DNA of 64,000 bases. It comes from an uncultured Verrucomicrobiae bacterium. Its GTDB lineage: Bacteria; Verrucomicrobiota; Verrucomicrobiia; Palsa-1439. Under the pieces are notes generated by a model, which saw only the letters and a program-made list of their open reading frames with translations, was not told where the DNA came from and made no database searches. A program made the position numbers and the translations under genes. Below, piece by piece: positions 49,416-60,482 of this stretch (within the stretch, counting starts at the first letter, position 1; the number at the start of each line of letters is the position of its first letter). The stretch covers positions 32,926 to 96,925 of the forward strand of contig CAWEWF010000009.1 in NCBI GenBank assembly GCA_963812605.1, written 5' to 3'.

Positions 49416-50915
49416 ATGCAAGCAACGCACGACATCCTCGCCATTGTAGGCCGCCCGAACGTTGGGAAGAGCACGCTCTTCAACCGCATCGCGCGCCGCC
49501 GCATCGCCATTGTCCACGAAGAACCGGGCGTGACGCGCGACCGCGTCAGCGCGGTGGCGAATTGGGATGGAAAATCGTTCGAGGTCATCGACACGGGCGG
49601 GATCGGGTTCATGGACGACGAGAAGAGCGGGGACATCCTGGCGAGCGCGGCGCGGCACCAGGCTGAAATCGCCATCGAAATGGCCACCGCGATCATCATG
49701 GTCGTGGATGTGACGGAAGGCGTGGTGCCGCTCGATCAGGAAATTGCCCGCAAATTGCGCTCGAGCGGCAAGCCGGTTTTCCTCGCGGTCAATAAAGTGG
49801 ACAACGACCGCCGCGCGCGCAACGAAGCGGAATTCACGGAACTGGGTTTCGACAAGACGTTCTCCGTCGCCGCCGTGCACGGCACCGGGGTGGAGCGACT
49901 GATGGATGCCGCCACGGAAGCGTTCTCGGCGAATGTTACCACGGAAAGCGCGCGCACGCCGCGCATCGCGATTGTGGGCCGTCCGAATGTCGGCAAGTCG
50001 TCATTGATCAACGCGATCCTCAAAGATGAACGCTCGATTGTCAGTGACATTCCCGGTACGACGCGCGATTCCGTGGACGTGCCGTTTACGGTGAAGGGGA
50101 AGCCGTATTTGCTGGTCGATACAGCCGGGCTGCGGCACCGGCGCAAGATCAGGACCTCGGTGGACCAATTCGGCCTGATGCGGGCGGAGCGGAGCATCCG
50201 TGAATGCGATGTCGCTGTGCTCGTGCTCGATGCGGTCGCCGGCGTGACGAACCAGGACAAGAAAATTGCCGGGCAAATTGCGGACGCCGCGCGCGGTTGT
50301 GTCGTGCTGGTGAACAAGTGGGACCTCGCGGCGGAAGAAGAGGAAAAAGACCATCGGCTGGAGGCGCAGGGCAAGAGGAGAAAGACGACCTTCCGTGAGA
50401 AATACCTGGAAGCGTTGCGCAAGGAATTGTTTTTCCTGGATTGGGCGCCGGTCTTGTTTGGGTCGGCGAAGACGGGCCAGAACCTGAACCTGTTGTTCGA
50501 CCAGATCACTGTCATCGAGCAGGAGATGACGCGGCATGTTGAGACGCCGCAACTGAACAAGCTGTTTATGCAGGCGCTCGACGCGTATCCGCCGCCGCAT
50601 GTCGGTGGGAGGCGATTCAAGGTTTTCTATGCCTTCCAGAAGCCCACGCAACCGCCCACATTTCGGTTGTTCGTCAACAACGTGGGCGCGCTGACGCCGC
50701 ACTACAAGCGGTTCCTGATCGATAAAATCCGCGCCGCCTACGCCTTTACCGGTTGTCCGATCCGGTTGGAATGCCGGGAACGCGAGCGGCGGGAGTTTGT
50801 GAAAGCACCGCGTCCCTCGCAACGGGTGTCCGAACGCTCCACGCGGCGTCCTGAGCAGAATAAAAAGCGGTACCCGGCACAAAGCAAGGCGCAGAGCAAT
50901 CGCGGCCGTCGATAA
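49416..50915 (+). CDS. der: Ribosome biogenesis GTPase Der (EngA)
   Basis: Two G domains, each GRPNVGKS, with DTGG/DTAG and NKVD/NKWD; KH-like C-terminus. Confidence 0.96.
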   Translation: MQATHDILAIVGRPNVGKSTLFNRIARRRIAIVHEEPGVTRDRVSAVANWDGKSFEVIDTGGIGFMDDEKSGDILASAARHQAEIAIEMATAIIMVVDVTEGVVPLDQEIARKLRSSGKPVFLAVNKVDNDRRARNEAEFTELGFDKTFSVAAVHGTGVERLMDAATEAFSANVTTESARTPRIAIVGRPNVGKSSLINAILKDERSIVSDIPGTTRDSVDVPFTVKGKPYLLVDTAGLRHRRKIRTSVDQFGLMRAERSIRECDVAVLVLDAVAGVTNQDKKIAGQIADAARGCVVLVNKWDLAAEEEEKDHRLEAQGKRRKTTFREKYLEALRKELFFLDWAPVLFGSAKTGQNLNLLFDQITVIEQEMTRHVETPQLNKLFMQALDAYPPPHVGGRRFKVFYAFQKPTQPPTFRLFVNNVGALTPHYKRFLIDKIRAAYAFTGCPIRLECRERERREFVKAPRPSQRVSERSTRRPEQNKKRYPAQSKAQSNRGRR

Positions 50916-50931
50916 GCGGTGCCTGACGATT

Positions 50932-51519
50932 ATGCAAATAAAAGCTCTCGGTGTGTATTGCGGTTCGAGTCCGGGGCTGCTTCCGGAATACAAGGAAGCG
51001 GCCACGGGTTTCGGCGCGCTGTTGGCGCGCGAGAAGATTTCGGTGGTTTATGGGGGCGGGAACGTGGGGTTGATGGGGGCGGTGGCGGATGGAGCGCTGA
51101 AGGCCGGGGGCAAGGTTATCGGCGTCATCCCGCATGCCATGGTCGCGAAGGAACTGGCGCATCGCGGCGTTACAGAATTTTATCCGGTCGATACCATGCA
51201 CCAGCGCAAGCAGATGATGGCCGACCTGGCGGACGGATTTGTGGCCTTGCCGGGCGGGATTGGCACGATGGAAGAGATTTTTGAAATGTTGACCTGGAAC
51301 CAGCTTCATATTCACGGAAAACCGTGCGCCTTTTTGAATGTCGCGGGATACTACGATGCCTTGGTTCATTTTCTCCAACACATGGTGCAGCAACGATTCC
51401 TCAAGGCGGCGCAATTGGACGCGGTCATCGTCGATGCCGATCCCCTGTCGCTCCTGAAGAAAATCCGTGCGTACGCCCCGGTAAAGATGGATAAATGGAT
51501 CGATAGAAAAACAAGCTGA
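50932..51519 (+). CDS. LOG-family (TIGR00730) nucleotide-binding protein
   Basis: VYCGSS, VYGGG.VGLMG, MHQRK, ALPGGIGTMEE. Confidence 0.93.
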   Translation: MQIKALGVYCGSSPGLLPEYKEAATGFGALLAREKISVVYGGGNVGLMGAVADGALKAGGKVIGVIPHAMVAKELAHRGVTEFYPVDTMHQRKQMMADLADGFVALPGGIGTMEEIFEMLTWNQLHIHGKPCAFLNVAGYYDALVHFLQHMVQQRFLKAAQLDAVIVDADPLSLLKKIRAYAPVKMDKWIDRKTS

Positions 51520-51540
51520 CACGCGCTGTAGGATTGGTGG

Positions 51541-52047
51541 ATGGGTATGGTTACGGTCCGACAATACACAAATCCTGTCGAGTTGGAGTTGGATAAAACT
51601 TTGCTCGAGGAAGCGGGGATTCCCGTCTTCATCGCTGATGAGTACCGTCGGACGCTGGGTTATGGAGGCGTGTTCGGGGTGCGGCTCCAAGTGGAGGATG
51701 CCGATCTGGACCGGGCGCGCCGCGTGTTGGACGAACGGGAAGGGGTGGCGCCGCTCCCCGACGACTTCATTCCGCCGGAAGAGCCGCCGCCTATTGAACC
51801 GACTACTCCGCCCGCGCCAACTCCCGAAACCAAGGACGAATGGATTGACACCTTCTTTCGGGGCGGCGTTATGCTGCTGGTGGCATTCGGCATCGTTGCG
51901 CTGGTGGTTCTGTTGGTGGGCGGCTTCGTCTTCGCAACCCTTGGCGGTCTGGCGCTTCTATTTTTGATCGGTGGACTGGTGGCGCTGGTGGTGCGTTTCA
52001 TTTTCCCCAAGGGCGGGAATGATGCGGGGAGGGGAACCAAGGGGTAA
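51541..52047 (+). CDS. DUF2007-like membrane protein
   Basis: ELDKTLLEEAGIPVFIADE...GVRLQV..ADLDRA; two C-terminal TM segments. Confidence 0.7.
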   Translation: MGMVTVRQYTNPVELELDKTLLEEAGIPVFIADEYRRTLGYGGVFGVRLQVEDADLDRARRVLDEREGVAPLPDDFIPPEEPPPIEPTTPPAPTPETKDEWIDTFFRGGVMLLVAFGIVALVVLLVGGFVFATLGGLALLFLIGGLVALVVRFIFPKGGNDAGRGTKG

Positions 52048-52073
52048 GCAGGCGCGACGGAAAGGAGAAGACG

Positions 52074-52655
52074 ATGCCTTCAGAATCGAAAGAAATACGC
52101 CCGATGTGGCCAAAGTGGATGACCATTGGGGTTTTCTGCTTTCGCTGTAATTCTCGCCACCTTGTTGCCGGCATTCATGGATCGGATGAGGTCGCAGGTC
52201 ACCGTGCGCAATGCATGGCCAATGAAATGCAGGTTCTCCTAGCAATCCATATGTACGCGGATGACTACCAAGGTGCAGAGTCCCATGGATTCAACCAATC
52301 CCACACTCGTGGGAAGCATGCAATTGTTGAGTAATTACGTCGTATCAGTAAAGGCCTTACATTGTCCTGATGACCGTCGCCTGGCGCGCAGATCGGTGCG
52401 GATATTAACAGGCTAACAACCTTAAACATTAGCTACTCGTATGTGCCCAATGTGAACTGGCAGACCAACCTAGGCTCGCCCGTATTTTTGGATCGTATTT
52501 ACTCGACAGCGAAAGGCAGCGCGTGGCCGACTAATGGGAATCATGGAGCCGAAGGCGGCAACATCGGTTTCAATGACGGCCACGCTGAATGGAACGAGAG
52601 GCTGCCAGCGGCTCTCAAGGATAAGGACGGCAAAGAGGTCGTGTTGAGCCCGTGA
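52074..52655 (+). CDS. Pseudopilin-like H-X9-DG (DUF1559-type) protein; several frameshifts
   Basis: C..N..Q..LAIHMYADDY, CPDD, ISYSY, NHGAEGGNIGFNDGHAEW spread across frames. Confidence 0.6.
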
Positions 52656-52674
52656 GAAAGGATTTTGAAGAGCG

Positions 52675-52869
52675 ATGGAAAAGCCTTATGTCATATGGAC
52701 GACGGGGAAGGGGTTTCTGGCCGGCTTGGCGGGGTTTATTGTCGGCGGTGTCATTGGCGGCTGGCTGGCAATTCGCTGGAACGAAGGCCACCCGCAGATG
52801 GCGTGCTTTATTTTCATTACCGTGACCGTAAGTTGCATGTTGCCATCGTTCTTTATGGATCGGAAGTGA
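52675..52869 (+). CDS. Small membrane protein
   Basis: Two hydrophobic segments. Confidence 0.5.
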   Translation: MEKPYVIWTTGKGFLAGLAGFIVGGVIGGWLAIRWNEGHPQMACFIFITVTVSCMLPSFFMDRK

Positions 52870-52973
52870 GCGCATCGAGGAATTACGAATCCTTATGACA
52901 TGGCGCTCCCGGCGGTCGCGCCTTCATTTTCCCCAAAGGAGGGAAAGATGCGGGAAGAGACTACAAGAAGTAG

Positions 52974-53420
52974 ATGAACCCGGGGATTAACATTCGCAGG
53001 GCAGTGGCCGGGGACGGCGTAGCCTTGGCGCACATTTTTATGGAATCGCGCATCGAGGCGTTTTCCTGGCAGAATCCCGCGCGGTTTCGGCCGGAAGATT
53101 TCGAGAAGGAGACGGCGGGGGAGACGGTGTTTGTAGCCGAGAATGGGAGCGGGAAGATCCTGGGATTCATTTCGGTGTGGGAGCCGGAGCGGTTCATTCA
53201 TCATCTGTTCATTGCCCCCGATCAGCAGCGACGTGGTATCGGGAAGCGGCTGCTGGAGAGTCTATCGTCCTGGCTGCCGCTGCCATACCGGTTGAAGTGC
53301 AAGGTGAAGAATGAGGCTGCCTGCTCGTTTTACCGTAAGAACGGCTGGGTCGAGACGGGCCGCGGCACAGACGAGCATGGCGAGTATCTGGTGCTGGAAT
53401 TCCACGGGCCCAAACATTAA
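52974..53420 (+). CDS. GNAT acetyltransferase
   Basis: IHHLFI.PDQQRRGIGKRLL, N.AA.SFY.KNGW. Confidence 0.88.
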   Translation: MNPGINIRRAVAGDGVALAHIFMESRIEAFSWQNPARFRPEDFEKETAGETVFVAENGSGKILGFISVWEPERFIHHLFIAPDQQRRGIGKRLLESLSSWLPLPYRLKCKVKNEAACSFYRKNGWVETGRGTDEHGEYLVLEFHGPKH

Positions 53421-53454
53421 GGTGCAGGCGAGGTTGCCGTTGTCGGAGACGATT

Positions 53455-53892
53455 ATGAAAATTGCCATTGCGTCGGATCATGCGGGATTTCGCTACAAGG
53501 TGATCGTCGCGGCGCATTTGCGGTCCGCGGGGCACGAGGTTGTCGATTTTGGGACGGACAGCGAAGCGCCGGTCGATTATCCGGATTTTATCCGGCCCGC
53601 GGCCGAAAGCGTGGCGAAAGGGGAAACCGACCTGGGGATTGTCCTGGGAGGCAGCGGGAATGGCGAGGCCATCGTGGCCAACAAAGTCAGGGGTGTCCGT
53701 TGCGCTGTTTGCTGGAACGAGGACAGCGCGCGGCTCGGCAAACAACACAACAACGCGAATGTGATCTCCTTCGGCGAGCGGATGGTCAGCGAGGAGATGG
53801 CGATCCGCATCGTCGATACCTGGCTGCACGCGGAATTTGAAGGCGGCCGGCACCTGCGAAGAATTGAGAAAATCGAAGGTGGCGACGCGTGA
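53455..53892 (+). CDS. rpiB: Ribose-5-phosphate isomerase B (GGSGNGE type)
   Basis: IAIASDHAG, DYPD, GGSGNGE..VANKV.GVR, HNNANV, FEGGRH.RR. Confidence 0.95.
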   Translation: MKIAIASDHAGFRYKVIVAAHLRSAGHEVVDFGTDSEAPVDYPDFIRPAAESVAKGETDLGIVLGGSGNGEAIVANKVRGVRCAVCWNEDSARLGKQHNNANVISFGERMVSEEMAIRIVDTWLHAEFEGGRHLRRIEKIEGGDA

Positions 53893-53918
53893 GCCGTTGA
53901 CCGCCTGGTATCAGTCCC

Positions 53919-54562
53919 ATGGATGACCCAAAGGCCAACGACGTTGCCGGCAGCTACGACCGGGTGGCGGACGAATACGTGGCGCGCATCTACGACGAGT
54001 TGCGGCACAAGCCGCTCGATCGGCAACTCCTGGATCGATTTGCCGACAGCGTGCGGGAAGTCGGACTGGCGTGCGACATGGGGTGCGGCCCGGGGCAGGT
54101 GGCGCGTTACCTGCACGAACGCGGGGCGCAGGTTTGTGGCGTTGATTTGTCGCCCGAGATGGTTGTGCGCGCCCGCCGCTTGAATCCGGGCATCGACTTC
54201 CAGCAGGGCGACATGCTGGCGCTGGACGTGGAGGACGAAGCGTGGGCGGGCATCGCGGCGTTCTACTCGATCATTCATATTCCGCGAGGCGACGTGGTGC
54301 GAGCGTTGCGCGAGTTGCGGCGCGTTCTGCGACCGGGCGGGCGGCTCCTGCTGGCGTTCCACATTGGCGATGAGGTCAAGCATTTGGAAGAGTGGTGGGG
54401 TTATCAAAGTATCCGTGGACTTCCTGTTTTTCCGCTCGGATGAAATGGCGGGCTACCTGAAGTCGGCCGGTTTACGAGATCGAGGAGATCATCGAGAGAG
54501 ACCCTTACCCAGAGGTGGAGCACCAGAGCCGGCGCGCCTACATTTTCGCCCGAAAGCCCTGA
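53919..54562 (+). CDS. Class I SAM-dependent methyltransferase; frameshifts near 54410 and 54470
   Basis: DMGCGPG, GVDLSPEM, FYSIIH, VLRPGG; C-terminus continues as EVEHQSRRAYIFARKP. Confidence 0.85.
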
Positions 54563-54669
54563 CCTGCGATTCGGTTTGCCCAGGGTGGGGATCTATGTGG
54601 TAACGAGGAGAAGTCTGGTGTCCTGAAGGAACCAGACCTATACTTTCTCTCGCGACAAGGGACAACCGA

Positions 54670-55203
54670 ATGAAGAAAATTGCACTGGTATGGCTGTTGG
54701 TGCTGGGAAGCATTTGGTCCGCCAGGGCGGCCGAGGTCAAACGGTTCGAGTTGAACGGGAAGGACACGCTGACGATTGCGGTGCCGCACACGATCCGGGT
54801 GCATTTGCTCCGGCGAGAAGGCGGAAGCCCCGCATCTGATCCTCTCCGACACGAACAAGGTCTGCGAAATGCACATGGTGCTCGCCAGGAACGACGGAAA
54901 GTTGTCCGACGACCAAATCAAGGGCCAACTCCTTCAAGCCGGAAAACAACTCCTGCCGGCGGTTGTGGAAAAGGAAATCAGAGTGCAAGAGCTCGAGAGG
55001 GAGCAGTTTCACCTATTTCTATTTTGAACTGACGGACAGTCGTCCGGATCCGGTGCAGGGTGGTCGAACTATGTGCTCCAGGGATTGGGCGGGGTACCGG
55101 ATACGCGTGCGAGTTTGTCATGTTGACGAATCGGAAGAACGGGGACGCGAAGGCCCAGATATTGAGCTCCCTCCGGTCGATTGATATCCGAACGAAGAAA
55201 TAG
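54670..55203 (+). CDS. Secreted hypothetical protein; several frameshifts
   Basis: Signal peptide MKKIALVWLLVLGSIWSARA; later frames look protein-like (FTYFYFELTD). Confidence 0.45.
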
Positions 55204-55335
55204 GACGGGAAGGCCCTCGGTTTTTCCCTCATCCGAATTGCGATAACGCCGCATTGCTTTTATTCCGCTTGCCTTTGGGAAGGCAAAATGGGATGTAACA
55301 AACCAACCGCCGCCACCCCATGAAAGGAACCAGCC

Positions 55336-55539
55336 ATGCAAACATCGGAAAGTAAATGCGGTTGCCCCTGCCACAAAGTGCCCGGTCTGTTGATCGCCTT
55401 GATCGGCCTCACGTTTCTGCTGGGCGCGTTGAATGTGCTCAGTCCCCGAGCTGTCGAGATCACCTGGCCGGTCTTGTTGATCCTGCTCGGATTGAAGAAA
55501 ATGTTCAGTGGCATGTGCAAGTGTTGTAACGCGGCGTAG
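55336..55539 (+). CDS. Small two-TM protein with terminal Cys clusters
   Basis: CGCPCH...WPVLLILLG...CKCC. Confidence 0.6.
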   Translation: MQTSESKCGCPCHKVPGLLIALIGLTFLLGALNVLSPRAVEITWPVLLILLGLKKMFSGMCKCCNAA

Positions 55540-55554
55540 AACTGGGACGTCATC

Positions 55555-55956
55555 ATGACGAAGGAAATCAAACATCGAGTAACCATTCACGCCACGCCGG
55601 CCAGGGTTTACGCGGCGTTGATGGATGAGAAGAAGCATGCGCAGTTTACGGGTGAGCGGGCCCGGATCGACCGCCGCGTGGGCGGAACGTTTACGTGTTA
55701 CGGCACGTACATCAATGGGATCAACGTTGGAATTGCAGCCGGGCAAACACATCGTGCAGGCGTGGCGGTCGCGGAATTGGCCCAAGGGGACCTATACATC
55801 GTTACGTTCAAGCTCTCCAAGGCGGCCGGGGGCCGGACCACACTGCGCTTCTCGCAAGTGGGTGTGCCGGCAAATGATTACCGGGACAAGAACAAAGGTT
55901 GGCGGACACATTATTGGGTGCCGCTGAAGCGTTACCTGGAAGGCAAGGCCGGCTGA
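55555..55956 (+). CDS. SRPBCC/AHSA1-domain protein; internal frameshift pair
   Basis: ATPARVYAALMD..KH..FTG, LELQPGKHIVQAWR, GWRTHYWVPLK.YLE. Confidence 0.8.
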   Translation: MTKEIKHRVTIHATPARVYAALMDEKKHAQFTGERARIDRRVGGTFTCYGTYINGINVGIAAGQTHRAGVAVAELAQGDLYIVTFKLSKAAGGRTTLRFSQVGVPANDYRDKNKGWRTHYWVPLKRYLEGKAG

Positions 55957-55969
55957 CCGGACACCGCGT

Positions 55970-58900
55970 TTATGACGACGGACGGCGGACCCGCCTTCTC
56001 CGGCGCAGCAGTGACAACCCGGCGCAAGCGCCGAACACCAACACACAGGTGGACGGTTCAGGTACCGCCGCACCAATCACACTGATGTCTCCATCCGACA
56101 TGAGATTGCCGGTGTCCCAGGCAAGGCCGGGATCCAGCGCGGGCAGGTTGGTCACCGCGAAATCGCCGCCGGAGGCCGCGAAGTCGAAAAGGTGGAAGGT
56201 ATTGTTCAAGGCGGGATCGAAGGCGTTGATCAGGGAAATCGACAGTGTGCCGTCTACCTGCAGAGTATTGCCGACAAAGATCTGGTCGTAAAGATTGGTA
56301 TCGGTGCCGCCGAGTTCCATCGACACGGTGGAGGTGGCTTGCAGGGTCAGGTTGCTGGTGATGAAAATCCTGCCCGGTGAGAAGCCGGGGCTGATGGTGC
56401 CCGCGCTGGTCACGGGGCCGGAGATGGTGCCGACACCATTGATGACTCCATTGGTGCCATTAAACAGGTTGCTCGTCATTAACGTCCCGCTCATCAACGT
56501 CAGCGTGCCCAGCGAGCCAAGCTTGGAGGAGATGGTCACACCCGCCGCCTGCATGGTGGTATTGGAAATCGTCAACTGCCCGACACCATAGTTGCCAACG
56601 AACGTCGGGCCGTTGGTCACCATCAAGGAGCCACCGGTGACCACCACCGTGCCGGTTCCCACAGTCGAGCCGATGGTCGCCTGACCGATCGAAGAGTACG
56701 TCGAGCGTTACCGAGCCACCCGACATCGACATTCGGCCCGCTCCGATCAGGCCGATCACCGCGCCTCCATTGGTGGAAACGAGCGAACCCGCCTGCATGG
56801 TAAGCGTGCCCTGCGCTTTGCCACTACTTCCTACGTAGAGGGTGTTGTTCAACGCCACCGCCCCGTTGGAGATCAACATTTGGCCGACACCGGCGTCGCC
56901 GATGTAGGTGAAATTGTTGGTGCCGGTCACGTTCAACAAGCCGCCGGTGACGCGGACCATGCCGGTGGCAGCGATCCTACTGCCGACACTGAGGTATTGG
57001 GCGATGGAATTTGTGCCGGCGAGCAGGGAGTAGTTGCCGGTCGCGCCGTTGGTGGCGCCCAAGATCATGTCGCCGAACGAAGCCAGGCCGTTGCTGATCG
57101 TCAACTGCCCGACGCCACGGAGCCCGACCACTGTGTCGCCGTTCGTGGCCTGCAACTGCGTCCCCGCGAAGAACACCGTGCCCGTCGAATCCGCTGTCGC
57201 GGCCAACTGCAGGCCGTTATTGAACGAGTGCGTGTTGTCAATCAACGCCAGGGTGGCCGACGCGGCGTTGCTGCCGACGTAGAAGGGGCTGCCGTTCGCC
57301 ATTTCGTGAAGCTGCTGGTGACCACGCCGCCATTGAGCGAGAACTGGCTGATGGCAGGATTGGTCACGACGATCTGGTCGGCACTCAGGAATCCGCCGTT
57401 CATGGTGAAGGTGCCGACACTGACCAAAAGTTGTCCGTCCTTGTCGGCGTTGGTGACGCCGATATTGCCGCTGGTCATCAGAACCGCGCCGGTGGGGGGA
57501 GCCCCCAACCGTGCGCTGCAGATTGGCCGCGAGATTCGTAAAGCCAGTCACGGTGAAATTCGGCGTCAACAGACTGCCGCCGAAAACCGCTATCGAGCCG
57601 GCGTTACCAATGAAGTTGCCCGCGACGAGCGTCCCGCCCGTGCTGACGTTCACCGTGCCATAGGTTAATAAGTTGAGCACGGTGCCGGTGGCATTGCCGT
57701 TCGCTCCCCCGGAAATTAGCAATTGCCCGGGAATCTCATTGAGGAAAGTATTGCTGATGTTCAGGGAGTGCGCTGCCCGACCTGCACCAAGCCGAAACTG
57801 TCGATTTGGTCGCCCGTCAGGGTGGCCGCGCCGGTGGCGTCGCCGTTCACCGACATGACGCTGGTGGCGTCGCTGTTGATGATGGTTGTCATCCGGTTGG
57901 CGTTCGTGACGGCCAGGCTCCCGCCGGCGGTGATGGCGACCGTGCCGTTGGAACCGTTGAGGAGCGCGGTATTGTAGGTGAGATAACCCGTGGGCAACGC
58001 GGTGCCGATGTACGCCTGCCCATTTTGGCCGACGGCGATGGTGCCGCCCTCGTTGTCGAAGCCGGCGGTGACGTTCATGACGCTGGCGGCGGCGCCACTG
58101 ACGTTGATTTTCCCGCCATTGAGCACGCCGCTGTTTCCGCCAATGGCCGCGCCGGTCGTGCTGGTAACGTTCAGGGAGTGGCTGTCCACATTGAGAGTCA
58201 CATCGTTGAGCAACCCGCCGAGGGCCGCGGTGTCCACGTTCAGGGCCACGACCGTTGCCGCGTCGCTGTTTTTGGTGGGATCGAGGATGGCGATGTCATC
58301 GGTCTGGGGCGCGGCGGCAAGATTCGACGAGGTCCGCAGCCAACCGGCCGCCGCGCTCCAGGTGGTGGGACCCGTGCCCTTCAGTCGATCCAGCGCCGCG
58401 GGGGACGCCCCAGCGGCGTTGGTCTGGCCGTCGCCGGTGCTAAAGCCATAGTGGTTGTCCACGCGCGTCCCCCTGGCGCCGACCTTGGTTCCGCCGGCAG
58501 TGATCCCGGTGGTGTGAACCGCGTAGATAATATTGTTGGAAACGTACGGGCCGCCCGAGTCGCCGCGGTCAGTCAAATTCTGGCTGGGTGGCTTGTGGAA
58601 CGTGTACTGGTTGTAGGTGACATCATTCAGGAAGTTCGTCATGGTCATCGTTCCATAAATGGGCAGCCCGCCCGGCGCCGATTTACCAAACCCCAGCACC
58701 TGGATGGTGTTGCCGGTCGTCAAGGGAGCGCTGCCTGGTTTGGCGAGGGTGGGGAATAACCCTCCTCCCGGGATATCCGGCTGGTTGAGTACCAGATACA
58801 GGCCAATGTCGTTCGGATCGGTTCCAGCGGCGTAGAGTGGATCCTGCACGCCCAGCGCAAAATATTGCTGGCCGCCGATGTTGACGGTATTGTACTCCCG

Positions 58901-59179
58901 GCCAAAATCATTGGTGGTGTTCGCCGCTGTGATCAACCTGGCGCCGTCGATGTTGTGGGCTGCGGTCAGCACCACGCCGTTGGTGATGTAACTCCCCGAT
59001 CCTAGGAAGCCGCGGCCGTTTCTGCCAAAGGTGAGGGCGACAACCCACGGGAAGCCGTTGGTCGCGACCATGCCCGGCCCGTTCACGGCCCGGGCGTCGG
59101 CGGCGAGAAGGACCAGCAGGAAGAGAATCGCGATGCGCCGGAGGCGGCGAATGGATATTACCGCCAGGGGGGAGGCCAT
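55970..59179 (-). CDS. PEP-CTERM protein with an N-terminal trypsin-like protease and a beta-strand-repeat stalk; frameshifts
   Basis: VLTAAHN, NDIGL, GDSGGP triad; many VG..G.G...ISNG repeats; ISPGFSPG; VPEPS-TM-RRRRR. Confidence 0.85.
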
Positions 59180-59558
59180 ACCGAAAAGGTAAAAGGCTTT
59201 CATACAGCAGTTCCTCAATCCATCCGTTCTGATGGTTTTGCGGGGGTGCCGTGCGCTGAAATCGCCCGTTCCAGACACGAAAAAAACAGGGGCTCAGACA
59301 GGAAGCCTCACCAAAACTTTCCCTCGCCTGCAACTCGCAAGAGGATGCATAGCAGGAACGATAGGCGGCGTCAAGCCTTTACGTAAGCGGTGTTGCAGGC
59401 CAGTTTGCCATCGCGGCTGGATAATCATGGACGAGGCACGCGGCCGAATTGACAAGCGAGGTGCGCGGTTTGAAGTATCGACGCGCGACGCGTATGTACT
59501 GACGGCTTCCCGTCGTCGCGGCTTGTTAGTCGCGCGGTAGCGCGGTATTCTTCGATCC

Positions 59559-60469
59559 ATGCTTTTTGGTTTCACGAAATACCACGCCTTGGGCAATGAT
59601 TACATCGTCATTGATCCGAAAAATTTGCCCGCGCCGCTGACCACCGAACAGGTCAAAACGATTTGTCACCGCAATTTCGGCGTCGGTTCGGATGGAATTT
59701 TGCTGGGGCCGCTGCCGGCGAAAACGCCAAATGCGCGCTGAAGATTTACAATCCGGACGGCAGCATAGCCGAAAAGAGCGGCAATGGCCTGCGCATTTTC
59801 TCGCGGTATCTCTGGGACACCAAATTTGTCGGGCAACGACGAATTTGCCATCCAGACGGACGGCGGGCTGGTGCGCTCGACTGTGTTCGACGGCGGCAAA
59901 ATGGTGCGCGTGGAGATGGGCAAAGTCAGCTTTGTAAGCGAGAAGATTCCCGTCACCGGGCCGCATCGCGAGGTCATCAACGAAAAGATCACCGTGGGCG
60001 GACGCGAGTTCACGTTTTGCGCGGCGACTATTGGCAATCCGCATTGCGTTTTGGTAGGGCGCGTCGCTCCGCGCGCGCCGGACACACAGGCAGAAGCGGC
60101 GCGCGCGGAGCGACGCGCCCTACCTGAAGTCAGCGAGGCAATGGCGAAAGAATTCGGCCCGTTGCTGGAAATGCATCCGTTTTTTCCGCGCAAGACCAAT
60201 GTGCAGTTCCTCAAAGTGCTCGACCGCGCGAACATCCAGATCGAGATTTGGGAGCGCGGCGCCGGCTACACGCTGGCCAGCGGCAGCAGCAGCAGCGCGG
60301 CGGCGGCGGTGGCGCACAAGCTTGGCCTCTGCGACCGCGCGATTTCCGTCCATATCCCGGCGGCGTTATCGCCATTGAGATTGGCGACGATTTTGCGATA
60401 CGCATGACGGGCGCGGTGACAAAAGTTGCCGACGGTGTGATCGCCAAGGAAATGTTCGGCACGGCATAA
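59559..60469 (+). CDS. dapF: Diaminopimelate epimerase; frameshifts plus an in-frame REPIN insertion
   Basis: FTKYHALGNDY, RNFGVGSDG, YNPDGS.AEKSGNG, GNPHCV, TNVQF, WERGAG.TLASGS. Confidence 0.9.
60053..60124. repeat. Perfect REPIN (28-bp arms, 16-bp loop) inside dapF
   Basis: GGTAGGGCGCGTCGCTCCGCGCGCGCCG (60053..60080) and its exact reverse complement (60097..60124). Confidence 0.92.
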
Positions 60470-60482
60470 CGATCTATTTGAT

